DNA of 55,122 nucleotides, the filler included, from Sphacelaria rigidula (taxonomy: Eukaryota), in the NCBI GenBank assembly GCA_964200075.2. It is 6 parts of 6 records of this genome, joined end to end, with 100 filler letters (N's around TTAATTAATTAA, not from the genome) between each part and the next. Parts side by side here need not be neighbours in the genome. Positions count along the whole stretch, not along the records: positions 9,207 to 18,311 come from CAXNAA020009288.1; positions 18,412 to 27,515 come from CAXNAA020009289.1; 4 more parts are not named here. One strand, 5' to 3'. Position 1 is the stretch's first letter; each line of letters begins with the position of its first letter. Both the position numbers and the translations under genes were made by a program. Below, in pieces: positions 10,768-23,100 of the stretch. Under the pieces are notes generated by a model, which was not told where the DNA came from, searched no databases, and was given only the letters and a program-made list of their open reading frames with translations.

Positions 10768-12245
10768 ATGCCGACCTTTAGAGAAAAACCCCTCGACACA
10801 GCTGTCCGAACGCGGGCACTGCCTACGCGGGCACGAGGTGATCATCCTTGAGTCATCGACAATCGGTTGATACCATGGGAGTACGAGCTGGGCCGCCCAA
10901 GAAGCCACCAGGAACGTTAAAACGCATAATCTTGGCGGAATCTTGGATCGTTTTCGATGAATTTTTGACACCATGTACAGGACGTATGTGCAAATACCAA
11001 GTCTTTTCTCCCATGCTTTTTTTTTCCTCCGTGAGTCATGGGCGACGCAATATTTCAGAACAGTATTTTCAAAATAAAATTGCCAATAACTCACGAAGGA
11101 AGGGGAAAAAATACATGAGAGGAAAGGTTTGGTATTCGCACACACGTCCTGTACATCGTGTCGAAATTTCATCGAAAACGATCCAAAATTGAGCGAAGAA
11201 TATGCGGTATTCCGTCGACAACCGGTTACTGTAGTATATCGAGGTGGACCAGTTACGAATATTTCAAACGCATTTATGCTGTTCAATTTCAAGCTGTTTT
11301 CGATGGAATTTGACACGATGTACAGGACGTGTGTGCGAATACCGAACCCTCTCTCCTATGTTTTTTGTTTTCTTTATCCGTGAGTTATTGACAATTTTGT
11401 TCCGGAAAAAAAACTGTTGTGAAATATTCCGTCGCCAATAACTCACGCAGAACTTGGAAAAAACACACAGGAGGAACGAAGGGGTGTTTGCACATATGTC
11501 CTGTGCATTTGTCGAAATTTCATCAAAAACGACTAAATATTGAGCTCGGGAATGGTGCTACACCTTGTGCGGCATCACGCGGCACGAAACTGACTGTGAC
11601 CGAAAATCAAATCTCAGCCGGTTTGTTTTGGCAAATTCCGCCGCACATAGTACGCCCAACTCTATACGCTTTCGCACTTGACTACAGTTTGGTATTTCGT
11701 TTGATGACACCTTGTCTGATCGCAGTGCTACATGGATTTGAAGACGCGCGCTGATTTGCCGATTACCACGATGTGTCATAGTAGGCACAACTCGCAATAC
11801 ATCGTCAGTTACAACGGGCTGAAGGAAAGTGAGCTTCTTAGGCGGCCCACCCTGTACTGTCTGAACATTTTTATGCCGGTTGGAACTATACAGTGAAGTC
11901 ACAGTAGTAGTGTATACCTCTGGTGTCACTCAGCAACACGTATAACTCGTGGTGCACTTTCTTTCTTGATGGACAAACAGAACTCCATCGGGTTCACGTG
12001 TTGAGTACGCGGCTCTCTCCAACAATGCGGCCTCACTACTATAACACCTTTATATCTCTAAGTCATTACACTATTACTATTGTTACTTGACTGTATAATA
12101 CTAACTGGCATAAGAATATTCTGACAGTACTTCCATGGTATCAACTAATCGTGTAGATGATTTAAGGATTATCACCTGGTGCTCGCAAAGACAGTGCCCG
12201 CGTTCGGACTGCAGTGTCGAAGGGCAACCTCTGAAAGGTCGGCAT
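10768..12245. mobile_element. Foldback MITE-like element interrupted by a TA MITE
   Basis: 10768-10883 joined to 11857-11915 is the reverse complement of about 12065-12245 (ends atgccgacc/ggtcggcat). Confidence 0.8.
10884..11854. mobile_element. Tc1/mariner-type MITE with TA TSD and a double-hairpin interior
   Basis: TIRs CGAGCTGGGCCGCCCAAGAAGC and CAGGGTGGGCCGCCTAAGAAGC match at 18/22; TA at 10882-83 and 11855-56; the empty site with a single TA is at 12128-29. Confidence 0.9.
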
Positions 12246-12454
12246 TGATTGATTGAATATCTCCCATTAGAGGGTTTCGGAAACAAGAAATCGGCCGGAA
12301 AAACTCAGGGTTGGGGTTCAGAAGTTGGCATTAACGCCAGGATATGAAGAATTCCGTCATATGAACCCTGAAAATTAAACCCGAGAAGAAACGTGGGCTG
12401 GAACTCGGAGGTAACTTGAAATTTTCAAATCAACTCAAGGGTCTGTCGAATGTA

Positions 12455-13000
12455 TATTTCGGGACACGTAGGCCTCAAGATCGAAAATTCGAGTTTGTGA
12501 GAGGGGGGGGGGGAACCCAGGCTGCTGCCCCCTAGTTTATTGCCGAGGCGTTGGCGGATGCGGTCAACTACCGTGTACAGAGATCCTTGCTGGCATCGGG
12601 ACCGCTGAGATGGCGGACACACCGCCCCTCCAAGCTCATCACCTACCATGATTACATTTATGGAATCATGTTCCGTGTCGTGTGCCTCGACTACCTACCA
12701 CTCGTAGTCCGGGAAAATTTGGCGAGGCGTGAGACAATATTGTTACTTTGGCTACAGGCCGTTGCTACCGTGCGCTCGTGTATTGTACATGAATGTGTGT
12801 GAGCGTTGTCGGTATCCGAGGTAACCGGGACAGGACGGGCAAGGAGCAGAAGCAAATATACGAACCTCGCAAAGCCCGCCAGACTTTTGGTTTTTGCCAG
12901 GTTGATCGATTTCTGTCAATATTTTGAACAAAAAATTAAAAAATTCAGAAGAAAAAACAAAAAAAAAAAGTTGAGAATCTTGACAATTTCGAAACAAATC
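12455..13000 (-). repeat. Right member of the long inverted repeat pair
   Basis: Reverse-complement, collinear similarity to 9270-9925. Confidence 0.75.
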
Positions 13001-13403
13001 CGTTCGGGAGGGGGGGTGGGGCTCCGTGTTCGATTTTTTTCTCTCCACAGACCCTTGATAAACCCTGAATTTTCTAGCATTGTTTCCAGTAGGACATGAG
13101 GCATCTCGCTTGAACTCGCAAGTGGGGTCATTCCGGAACAGTATTCACAAGAAGTGCGATGCGGTGCCCACTTCCAGGAGTCAGGAGCCAAGACGAGGCA
13201 AGGGCTTGGTGTGCGCAACTTGGATACATTCACGGCAGCAGCCCAGTTTTTTTCTTGTTTTCGTCGACTTATGACATCCCTATTTTTTCATATATCCAGA
13301 TCGCTCTAAATATCGTATTTTTTGTTTTCGTTTTCCCGTTGCTGCTTCCCTGAATTTTTGCAATTTGGTGAAAAGGACATCGTTGCAAACTTTCACCTCG
13401 TAT

Positions 13404-13844
13404 GGCTGTTTCCTACGGTTCGCATTTTTGGGGGCTCGTGTTTTCCACCTTTGACACATTTCAAACGGTTTTTGCCCTCGAAACAAACATCATCGACATC
13501 ACACGTCTTGGACATTTCGCATCGCCCCACCGAGAGGAGCCTATCCGCCTTTTCCGATTTGCACGGCTCAGAGTTTTCGAGAACGGCCTCAGGGCAAAAA
13601 TGCGGCTCGAAGAAGAAATGCAGTGTCTGCAAGTATTTTTTTGTGAAAATTCCTGCACACATCGCTTTTTTCTGTCACTTGTATTCTTATCCTGAGACTG
13701 TTCTCGAAACATCCGAGCCGCGCGAATCGGGAAGTGTCCAGGACGTGTGATGACCATAGTCTCTGCTTCGCGTCCAAAATTGTGTCAAGTGTCTCAAAAA
13801 GTGAAGAAAACAAGCCCAAAGAAATACAAATCGCAACAACCGGC
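13404..13844. mobile_element. Old, diverged copy of the palindromic Tourist-like MITE at 33414-33891
   Basis: Shared motifs cacgtcttggaca, ccccaccg.gagga.ccta and tcagag.tttcgaga.cggcctc; residual inverted arms. Confidence 0.75.
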
Positions 13845-15679
13845 ATACTGCAAACATTAACCACCGCACACTGGTTGAACCGGAATGCGCGCCTTGGTTC
13901 CTGCACACCCTGGACGAAAGAATACATAGTCAAAACGTTTACCGTGTACAGTAACAACTACTGCACCTGTTGCAGCAGACACCGAATTCCATACGATACG
14001 CAGTATGTTTTTCTATAATTGAAGCTTTTAACTGGTATGTGGATTGCTGGCCCAGGTCGTACCCGTATTCCGAATTTCCCGTCTTGTGGTTGCTAATGGG
14101 GAAGAATTCGCTGTCCCGCGCAGAGGATTTGTTCTCCGTCTCAGCGAAGGCTCTCTCTTGAGTAGCCACTTGTATGGGGTGGGGTAACGATAAGTCAGCT
14201 GTGTTTCATTCGTCGCGTATTTCGTAGATGATATACCTGACCTCGAGCAACGTCTTTTCTCCTCGGTCCTTTCGTCCTCTCGCGCTGTGTTCACCCACAT
14301 TCCTCCTGTAACCAGTGGCGCTGAATCCTTTTCAGACAGGGCACACGGAGCGGACCAAGCCTGGTGCGTCGTGTTTCTGTACATCCGCTTGAGTTTTTTT
14401 TCGAAATTGACAGTTGTCAAGTAGTGGTTAAGCAGCATAAATATTCATCATGGTGCCCTCCCGCGGGTTCGATTCATGTATGTCATCTGCCCGGGATGTA
14501 GTGGGGCAAGGAAACCGAAAAGTGACACGTCTGGTATTGCACAGGTTCTATCTCAATTTCGTAGCCCTTGGGTATTCGTGTGTTGACGGCGGGGGGGGGG
14601 GTGAGTGCTGTGTTTTCCTCTTCCATATCAAGATGGATGGGGGGGGGGGATTATAACGCTCCTTCTTTGTTTTTTGTCGAAGACTAAGATGGGGTGGGAG
14701 GTGTGAAACTCATGGCTGATGGCCACGATGGTTACTACATATATAAATACATATATTTATATATATGGCAGAGGCGTCATAAACCACGGTCCTCAACGGT
14801 TTGAATGAGTCTACGGGATGGTCTTCTTACGGGTTGCGAATTGTTGGCAGTATTACTCATGGTATCGTACTTAGGCCGGCGTATATTCGTTTTGTTTGGG
14901 GGGGGGGGGTGGCTTATATACGTTCGTATTCTGTCCTTGAAGCGGCAGGATCATTTAATGCAAAAGCAGGAAGCACACACATGATAAACTGCAAGGAAAT
15001 CTTGTTATTGGCTCGAACGGGTTGGACACGTTGAAACCTGTCCAAATTCGGGACCTTGCGCAAGGTACTTTGCGGAGCCTGACACATTGCCAAATGCGGA
15101 CAACCTACCTTGCCTGGGCAGGTTGAGGCAAGGTGCCGGCAAGGTCCTGGAGCCTGCTCCCAGTGGCCACCTGTGTTTGATGCATCTCGGACATTCCGAG
15201 CGGCGGATGATTATTGTCGCAGGAACGCTGAGTGCTATGCCGTGGCATGAGTTTTCCTCCTCCCTTGGAGACCGGAACATGTTGCTCAGATAGCTGTGAC
15301 CACGGTTCTTCTTGAGATCTGAGATTGATGGGTGGGCGATACCATAGTCACTTGCATGTAACAAGATGGTCGTTTGAAAGCGGTTCTCCTCTAATGGATC
15401 ATTTTCCAAAGTCCCACGATTACACCTTGTATATTTTTTCCGAGCGGCGGATGTTTCTTGTCGCAGGACCGCGCGAAGTGTTGATCATAAGGTCGTCTCA
15501 CAACACTGCCTCAGGCTCTGCCAGCATGACTATGCACGTGGGGCCTGCAATACAACCGACCACAGAACTTCTCGGGTAAAGAAACAGGCCTTACTAGAAC
15601 CCAACGAAATGACTATACATGGATATGCCTAGCATCTCTGCAGAAGGTTTGTTCAGGGTCGGAAAAGTAACCCCACGAG

Positions 15680-16312
15680 AAACACTGTGCAGGAGTTTTC
15701 AATTCCCCTCCGCAGGGTCAGTCACAGCGGCCACAACAAACCCTGTGCAAAACACCATGTCCCTCCACAGGGTCGGTCACAGGGTTTCACAAACCCTGTG
15801 CAAAAACACTATGCACCTCCACAGGGTCAGTCACAGCGTCCACAGCGAGCCCTGTGCAACACACTATGCCCCTCCACAGGGTTAGGCACAGCGTCCGCAA
15901 CGAGCCCCATGCAAAACACTATGCCCCACCACAGGGTCAGTCACTGCGTCCACAACAAACCCTGTGCAAAACACTACGCCGCTCCGAAGGGTCGGTCACA
16001 GCGTCCACAGCAAACCCTGTGCAAAACACTATGTCCCACCACGGGGTCAGTGACAGCGTCCACAAAAAACCCTGTGCAAAACATTGTATCTCACGACAGG
16101 ATCAGTTACAGCGCCCACAGAGAACCTTGTGCTAAACACTATGTTCCACCACAGGGTCGGTCACAGCGTCCACAATGAACCCTGTGCAAAGCACTATGTC
16201 CCACTACAGGGTCAGTCACAGTGTCCACAACAAACCCTGTGCAAAACCCTGCGCCCCTCCTCAGGGTCAGTGACAGCATCCACGAAGAAACCTGCGCAAA
16301 ACACCGCCACAG
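15680..16312. repeat. 55-bp minisatellite, about 11 units, each with an internal inverted pair
   Basis: The cagggtc anchor falls at 15713, 15768, 15822, 15877, 15932, 15987, 16042, 16097, 16152, 16207 and 16262; each unit contains CACAGGGT and ACCCTGTG. Confidence 0.95.
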
Positions 16313-17138
16313 GTACCGTTTTTGTATCCCCTGTGCAGTGTCTCCACACGGGGTGAAAAATATTCACTGCAGCGCACCCCGTGCAGGGTGTTCCTCGGGG
16401 TGCAGACTGCACACGTGTGTAAACAATTGTGGTGCTGCATGCGGTGTTCCGGTGGGCACAGAAGTGGGGTGAGATCAAAGTTCTGTGCACTGGCTACTGT
16501 CTGTACATAAGGTGAAACGATGAAACGATCACGTGACAGCTGCACAGCTGTGCAGCTGTCTGTTGCGTCCCCGTCCGTACTTCAGCTGTAGTCGGGTGCT
16601 GGGGTCGGAGCAGACACGCAAGGCGGACGCGTGCACGATGGGGCGAACAAACTGAGCCAGCACGGAGCTGCTCTATCCCAAGCGTTTGATGACAGGAGCT
16701 GTCTGTCATGATTTTCCATGTAATGGTTGTTCCCCCATTTCATTCAGGCGGGTGCTCATTTTTTCCCGAGTGCCAATTTTTGAACGCTTGACCATGATCG
16801 CGCTTCGCCTGAAAAGCGCAATTATGGCCCAGCGTATCCAAACCATCATTCGGCCAACATCGAGCTCATCCGAAATCAGGGGAAGGATTACCGCATGGGA
16901 CATGTCCTACATATATCACTGTGCTGCAGCACAAACACACTCATGCGCTGTCTCTTGTGCTGTAGCTGTCGCTGTCCTGAGGTGTCTCCAGACCTTTTCG
17001 AAGACGGTTTTGTCGTTCGTCTCCTCGAAAAATCATGCTGCCAACACGTGGTGCACTGTTGACACACACCTTCATGGTGTGTTGGCTATTTCGTCTCGAG
17101 TCAAACGAACAAGACGCTTCCCAAACCCACCATTTATA

Positions 17139-17330
17139 CGAGCTGGGCCAGCGTAGAGGCGGATTTGAAGTTTGCAAGCCCATGCTCTTTTATACATTTA
17201 GAGTTGGGCCCTAAAATTTGGTATGGACAATGCATATAAGGCAAAAAAGAAAAAATTACTTCGGTACCAAAATACATTTAAATTTTGGGGTTCAACACTA
17301 AAATGGGGCTGAAGTCGCATTTCTCTATTG
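17139..17330 (+). mobile_element. Left end of a CGAGCTGGGCC-family MITE inserted in repeat family H
   Basis: TA|CGAGCTGGGCCAGCGTAGAGGCGG..., collinear with 49588-49700 and with the reverse complement of about 49150-49262. Confidence 0.75.
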
Positions 17331-18311
17331 CAGGGAAGATACGAAAGAGTAACACAGAGCAAAAGTATATTCCCCCCCCAAACTCCGCAGGAGGACTTGA
17401 CCGTCAGACCGCGAGAGTAGGTCACCTGCTGAATCGGCATCAAAATTCACTCGGAAAACGTACACGCGTGGTCCAGATGGACTACGGGCACCGCGGTCCA
17501 AGGGTTAAGCAACTCTGGCTAGGTGCACCTAACGAAATGCGGTGTACACGCGTGTCGATGACGATATCACCAGAGAGAAAAGCAACGACAGAGAGGAAGC
17601 TCCTCGCCCGTGCCCTTTGTGCGTCCCCGCTCGGTGATTACCAAACTCTCGAGAGACTGGCATCCTTGATCTTACCAGCATGTGCGAATTTTTTCATATG
17701 CCAGAGCATCGACGTGCGGAGAAATTCCGTGTCTCTTCTCGCCTGTTTCCATCGCGAACATCGATTTCTCTCTGCCTCTCCTTTTGGACAGGACGTGCCT
17801 CTGCGCGCTGAAGACCATGTTGAAAAAATAGGGCAATGTTCCCGTCACCGCTTCTACTGTTCTCTGTCACACACATATGCCAGCAAGGATGGTGCTGCGG
17901 CAATAACAGATAGATCCAATTTGAACTGAAGGGGGTGTTATTCATCATTGAGTATACCCACACCTCCCCCGCCAGCCGGGCTNNNNNNNNNNGTAGAAAC
18001 CTATTTGAACATGCGGAATGAAAAAAGATACCTGTGGTGGTGACCTAACTATTGCTAGCGTGGCGCACAGGCGTCAGCCCATGTCGCTACCTGCAGCACA
18101 CGCTGAACAGCTCGGTACAGTGGTACGAGTACGAGTAGGTTCCCGTACGTGATAATTATTCCCATGTCAGGAGGTCATGGGCTGTTGCAACTTGGGAGGA
18201 TAGACGAGAATGCTCCACGATCAACCGCATGTCGTTGCATTCGAGACCCACGCCATCAACCACCGACAGCAAGGGTCTTGTGCCTTTCACGCGACGCGGT
18301 CGGCAGTACGG

Positions 18312-18411
18312 NNNNNNNNNNNNNNNNNNNNNNNNNNNNNNNNNNNNNNNNNNNNTTAATTAATTAANNNNNNNNNNNNNNNNNNNNNNNNNNNNNNNNN
18401 NNNNNNNNNNN
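18312..18411. other. Artificial scaffold linker
   Basis: Same 100-nt N/TTAATTAATTAA structure. Confidence 0.99.
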
Positions 18412-19902
18412 GTCAACGGTCAAACGACTAAGGCAAGCAACAAATGAGTACGCCCCCCCCCCCCTCAGGTCTACTCCCGTCGACCCTGGGGTCTCCGTCG
18501 AAATCTCCCACGGGGTTCGAAAGGTCCAAACACTCACATGACACACTCGGACAACCGAAGGAGCCAAAACGACGTCCATCACAATGACAATACACCTATG
18601 CCAATATCGCAAAATGATAACATCCGAAAATGGGTACAACCGGAGGAACATACGACCATGAATAGACCAGGATTTTGTAGCGATGAGAAACCCAGTGGCA
18701 GAATTTCCTTGCCTGCGGCGGCGCCTCCGCCGAGGCCCCCTCACCAGCCGGGGAAGGGCCGTTTACGCGACTCCGCCGCGCTGCCCTGCCAGACAACGGT
18801 GACGGAGTCGCGGGGCGGCTCCGCCGCCAGTCATCCAGTTTTCACTGATGAATGTAACTTGGTTGTAATGTTTTGCAAGTACTTGACTGATTGGTCAAAC
18901 CAGTTTCCAACTTCATACTCATAGTTGAGTGGGTTCTCTTGATATAATGTGATGTGCAAACGCCATCGGAGCGATGCACACCCTTACAACACATTTAGAT
19001 TGGCGCTAGCTTCTTGAGCAACATGGGCCAGACATCAACAGGGATGCAATACTGGATATGATTCACCGCTTGGATGAGATGTGGACACTCCGGATCCTTT
19101 TCATGCAGTGATACGAAGTGCGTCCTATTCCAACGTGTGCCAGAAAGGGAGAAGAAGCCAAATGGCGGGCTTTCAGGGTTTCGTAGTCGGTGATGGCACA
19201 GAGAAAAGTTACCCTCATTCACACCGCTACCAAACTGTCTGAGATCAATGTGGTCAAGTCTCCTACCAAGGCCTATCGTGGCCACACTTGTGCGCTCAAG
19301 TACGATTCTCGCAGCGCTACTTCTTGCATGACCATTCGCAACCAGTGTCAGCTAGTTTACTTCAATTGAGTGCACCGAGCACGAGCTACTCGAACTGTAA
19401 ATGGACCCGTCAAATATTCGGACTCGTTGTATAGTTCGTTGCGAAACATGTAGATGCAGTCTGAAACCTAAGCAAAAATGGCTTAACATCCCACGAAGAA
19501 TGGCAAGCGTTTTTCGGCTCTTTCTTGATGTGGGCTGTGTGACTATTGTCCTTTTCTTTTTCGGTTCCCAGTGGTGACGGGTCAGCCGTGATAGCGCAGT
19601 ATAAACACAACTGCAGTAGACCACATATTTGCTTCAAGAATGGTCAAAAAGCAGGGGGGTACCGAAGTACGGCACTTTCGTTTCCCCACTAAACACACAC
19701 CGTCTAATTTTGTCACCCCAATTTCTGGGGCATTTCGGATCCGTTTTCTGGGCTAGACGCGCAGAGCGATAGAGTGCAATATTTGCTACCAACAACCTCT
19801 GGGTCATTCGAAATCAAGGTGCACAAATGATCTGCTGAAATGCATACGCCTCCGCCGTAAACAGCATATGCAAAACATGAAATAGGGAAACCTTTCACTC
19901 AC

Positions 19903-20144
19903 ATACAACGCCGAGCAGCAAGACGAGCGCCCCAACGGCTATCCCAGCGACGACTCCCGGGCCAATGTCATCTGTTGCACTAGTGGCCTCACCATCTGTG
20001 ATCTCGCAGGTTTGTTCAACAGACGATGGATCGAACTTATCCTTTGTACAGCAGTTTCGCTCCGCATAACTCCGCCTGTCGGATTGATCGAACGGATTGA
20101 TCAAACGATATTACCGGCGTAATACGTGCGCTGAGCCATGTACT
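19903..20144 (-). pseudogene. Exon-like segment encoding a single transmembrane helix, probably disrupted
   Basis: TTTTACAG acceptor and GTGAGT donor; encodes ...CEITDGEATSATDDIGPGVVAGIAVGALVLLLGVV; in-frame stop near the 5' end. Confidence 0.35.
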
Positions 20145-23100
20145 CTGTAAAATCGGGTCGACAATGACAAAACTTCCATATTTGCTTGCTGAAGTACTGA
20201 TTCTAGTACGCAAGGCACGTCCTATTCGCTTGAGTGGCCAATGGTCTCACATTGACTGATCTTGCGTAAGTTCAGCCGTAATCACGAGATACACATACCC
20301 GGGGTATCTAGACGGGACCACTCGCTGGGGGAATTTCGAGACGAAGAAGCATGGAGAAGAGTACGGCTGAATAACATAACAATACCGATTAAGATTCAAG
20401 AAGAAAATAAACGGCGGTCTGCACTGTGCTTCACTCGCGCCGCAGGATAGAAACACCACTGGGGTCGAATGGTAGTGAAGAAACGGCTTCAGTCTGAGCG
20501 GTCCTGCGCTGTTTGCCAGATTCTTGTCACGGCCACTGCTACTACTACTGATGTCAGCAATACTGTTGGATGGGTCCCACGTTTACTGCAAACATCACTA
20601 TTAGTACTAAGGAAACTACCGATATTCTCCTGCTCTTTCTTCTTTCCCCCTGCTACGAGCTTGGAATATTTCTCTCACGTCGTACCACGGTTGGCCGACT
20701 GCTCCGGGTTGCTTTCGTGAGTCGATGTTCATAGTAAAGGTAGGTATGCCGACAGGCTCACTTGCTTGTAAAACCTTGCGGTTTATGCACCACACGCATA
20801 TCATGATTCGCAAATGTACGCTTCATGACATTTTCGATTCGGTCAAGTATGCTCTATAAGCTGGAGAGTTGTTTCACCAACCCTTTTCATCGTACTGCCG
20901 ACATGAAAGTTTTGCCTGGCAGGGGGTACATTCTTCTACATTCTTCTACGTCATAACAGTTCCACCAAAGTCGAAGGACTATCACAGGGCTGATCCATTC
21001 CTCGAAACAAAATCCAAGGAAGGCATTGAAGGTGCGATTTGCGGATCTCCTACTACCGCCTCATCCCGAGGATGGGAAGGGGAGGGTGTCCTCACTTGAT
21101 GCTTGCCTACGTTTGACCAATGACCACGCATCCCTCTCGAGGCGGAGCACCCTTCCTACTCCTAACGGAGACACCTCCAATATTCCGATGCTCATCACGT
21201 TTCTTTCATTCATTACACAAGACCTTTTACATACATTATTCCCGTCCTGTTTCGCCTTCTGCGGCCACCATCTATCTCTTTGCATGACCGTTGTTTTCTC
21301 CCTACTGTCTGATGCATCAAACGATTTCATGCCACCTTCGTTCACGTCCCGCATTCCTCCTCCTAGCACGTCCTGTTCCTCCTTGTATCATTCGTATTTG
21401 CCACCGCATGAGTTCTACTCTCTATTTCTTTGGAATAGGGTCAAATAAGTCCCCTCTATCAACCCGCCGTGTATTCGCAGGTGCTCTTCCTCGTCTACTT
21501 TCAGTCTTAGCGCTTCGTTTATCTTATTTTCATCATTGTGGAAACCATATATGTATGAGCGCAATAAACACCAGAATACACATACAAACCAAAGGAACAG
21601 TCAAAGGAACGGGGTCCGTCAGTGACATACATGACCGGACTCGAAACGTTCAAATCTGTGAAACTGGATCTGCGGCAACTTAGGCCACGGGGTCTCCGGT
21701 GGAAAGAGGTCGGAAAAATAGAGCCACCGCATGAGCCCTGGTTGATCGTTCGCGGTACTGCCGCACCGGCTCAGTCAGTTGTTTTTCTCGCCTACCATCG
21801 GTCTCGGCCAAATCCTTGCCAAAACGACAAAGAGAAAATCACGGCTCGCTTTAGAGATCCTTCGGCGGCAGGTTGCGAACGTTCTTCTTCGGAGCCCATA
21901 ACTCTACTGCCTCACCCCTAGCGAAGTCTTGTCCACAGTGGCGTCGACGAAGAGATTTGAATCCGCGCGTGCAGGGCCCATTGACTTACGCGTGCGGAGA
22001 ACACTAGCTTAACGGCGACACCATCCGAAGCAAGGAGCCAAGGAACTACAGCAGGTGAAACGTATGGGCGATGTGAAGAGTTATCCGAGTTGATAGAGTT
22101 GTAGGGGTCATGTGCTTGAGACAGCGCAAATATACTCTCCTCAGCGTACATTATATGTCACGTGTGTGGCTAGTCAAACAACAAAATACGAAATGAGCAT
22201 CTTCACCGTGCGTTATATGTCACACGCATGTCCAGTCAAACAGCGAAGCCGCACCTTTGAACTCACCGCTCACCATCATAGTGCAAGAGGCACGGCAATC
22301 AATCAAGAAGACTAACCTACAGCGTTCGAATCATCGGCGACCCTTGAAGAAAGAATTTGATCTCAGTGTGGAAATGCCTTAGTGTCAACAAGCTTCATAC
22401 ACCCACGGTTTAGAGGACATTGATTCATCGAGGACAGACCCTCGGGCCCAGATTCTTACCGTTCCTTGATAAAGAATGTTTCCGTAATATTGAAAGTGCG
22501 ATACGATTTGAGAGTGAGAAGAGGTCACCTAAAGAATGAAATGTTTCACTTCCAAAATGCCCTTCGACGCGGCCCTAAACATTTTCTGTAGCGGGTTGTC
22601 ACTGCAGCTCTTGATGTCTTACAAGTGGGATATCGACGCGTAGCCGTAAAAACACGGCAGGCAAAAAACACACACACACATAAACTGAAAAACTGGCCAA
22701 GATAGAGCGAGCAATACAACCCCCTCTCAATTACCGGTGAACTCTGAGTTTCACGAAGACATTATTAATAGCCGTTCAGATCGGCAGTGGTTTTACTCGC
22801 TCACCCTGTCAAAACGATGTTGTTCCAAACGTTCGTAGGGTATTCGTCCGCTTCCATGCATCGAACGGGTTCGAGCGAGGCCCCGTCTGGAATGCAACCA
22901 CTGGAACAAACGCTGTCTGCGGATATGGAGCCTCTGAATTGCTGTGTTACACGTTGCAAAAAGGTTCAGGGAGGCGAGGGCGGGGGTTATACACGTATTC
23001 TGATGTGCGCGCAGATCGAAAGGCTAGTGATAAAATTGACTATCGCGCAGAAATCAAAATCGACCAGAGACCGCAACAAACAGCTCATGTACAATGTACA

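Noticed and set aside
15680..16312. CRISPR-like array, or repeat proteins (ORFs 15687-16178 and 15854-16135)
   Set aside because: Whole units are homologous with no unique spacers and no cas genes; a 55-bp period is not a multiple of 3, so the peptide repeats rotate through frames
17285..17929. 214-aa ORF, and similar long ORFs at 22787-23368, 29313-29981 and 42774-43388
   Set aside because: They start in or cross repeats, are antisense to the Gypsy integrase, or have no recognisable protein features
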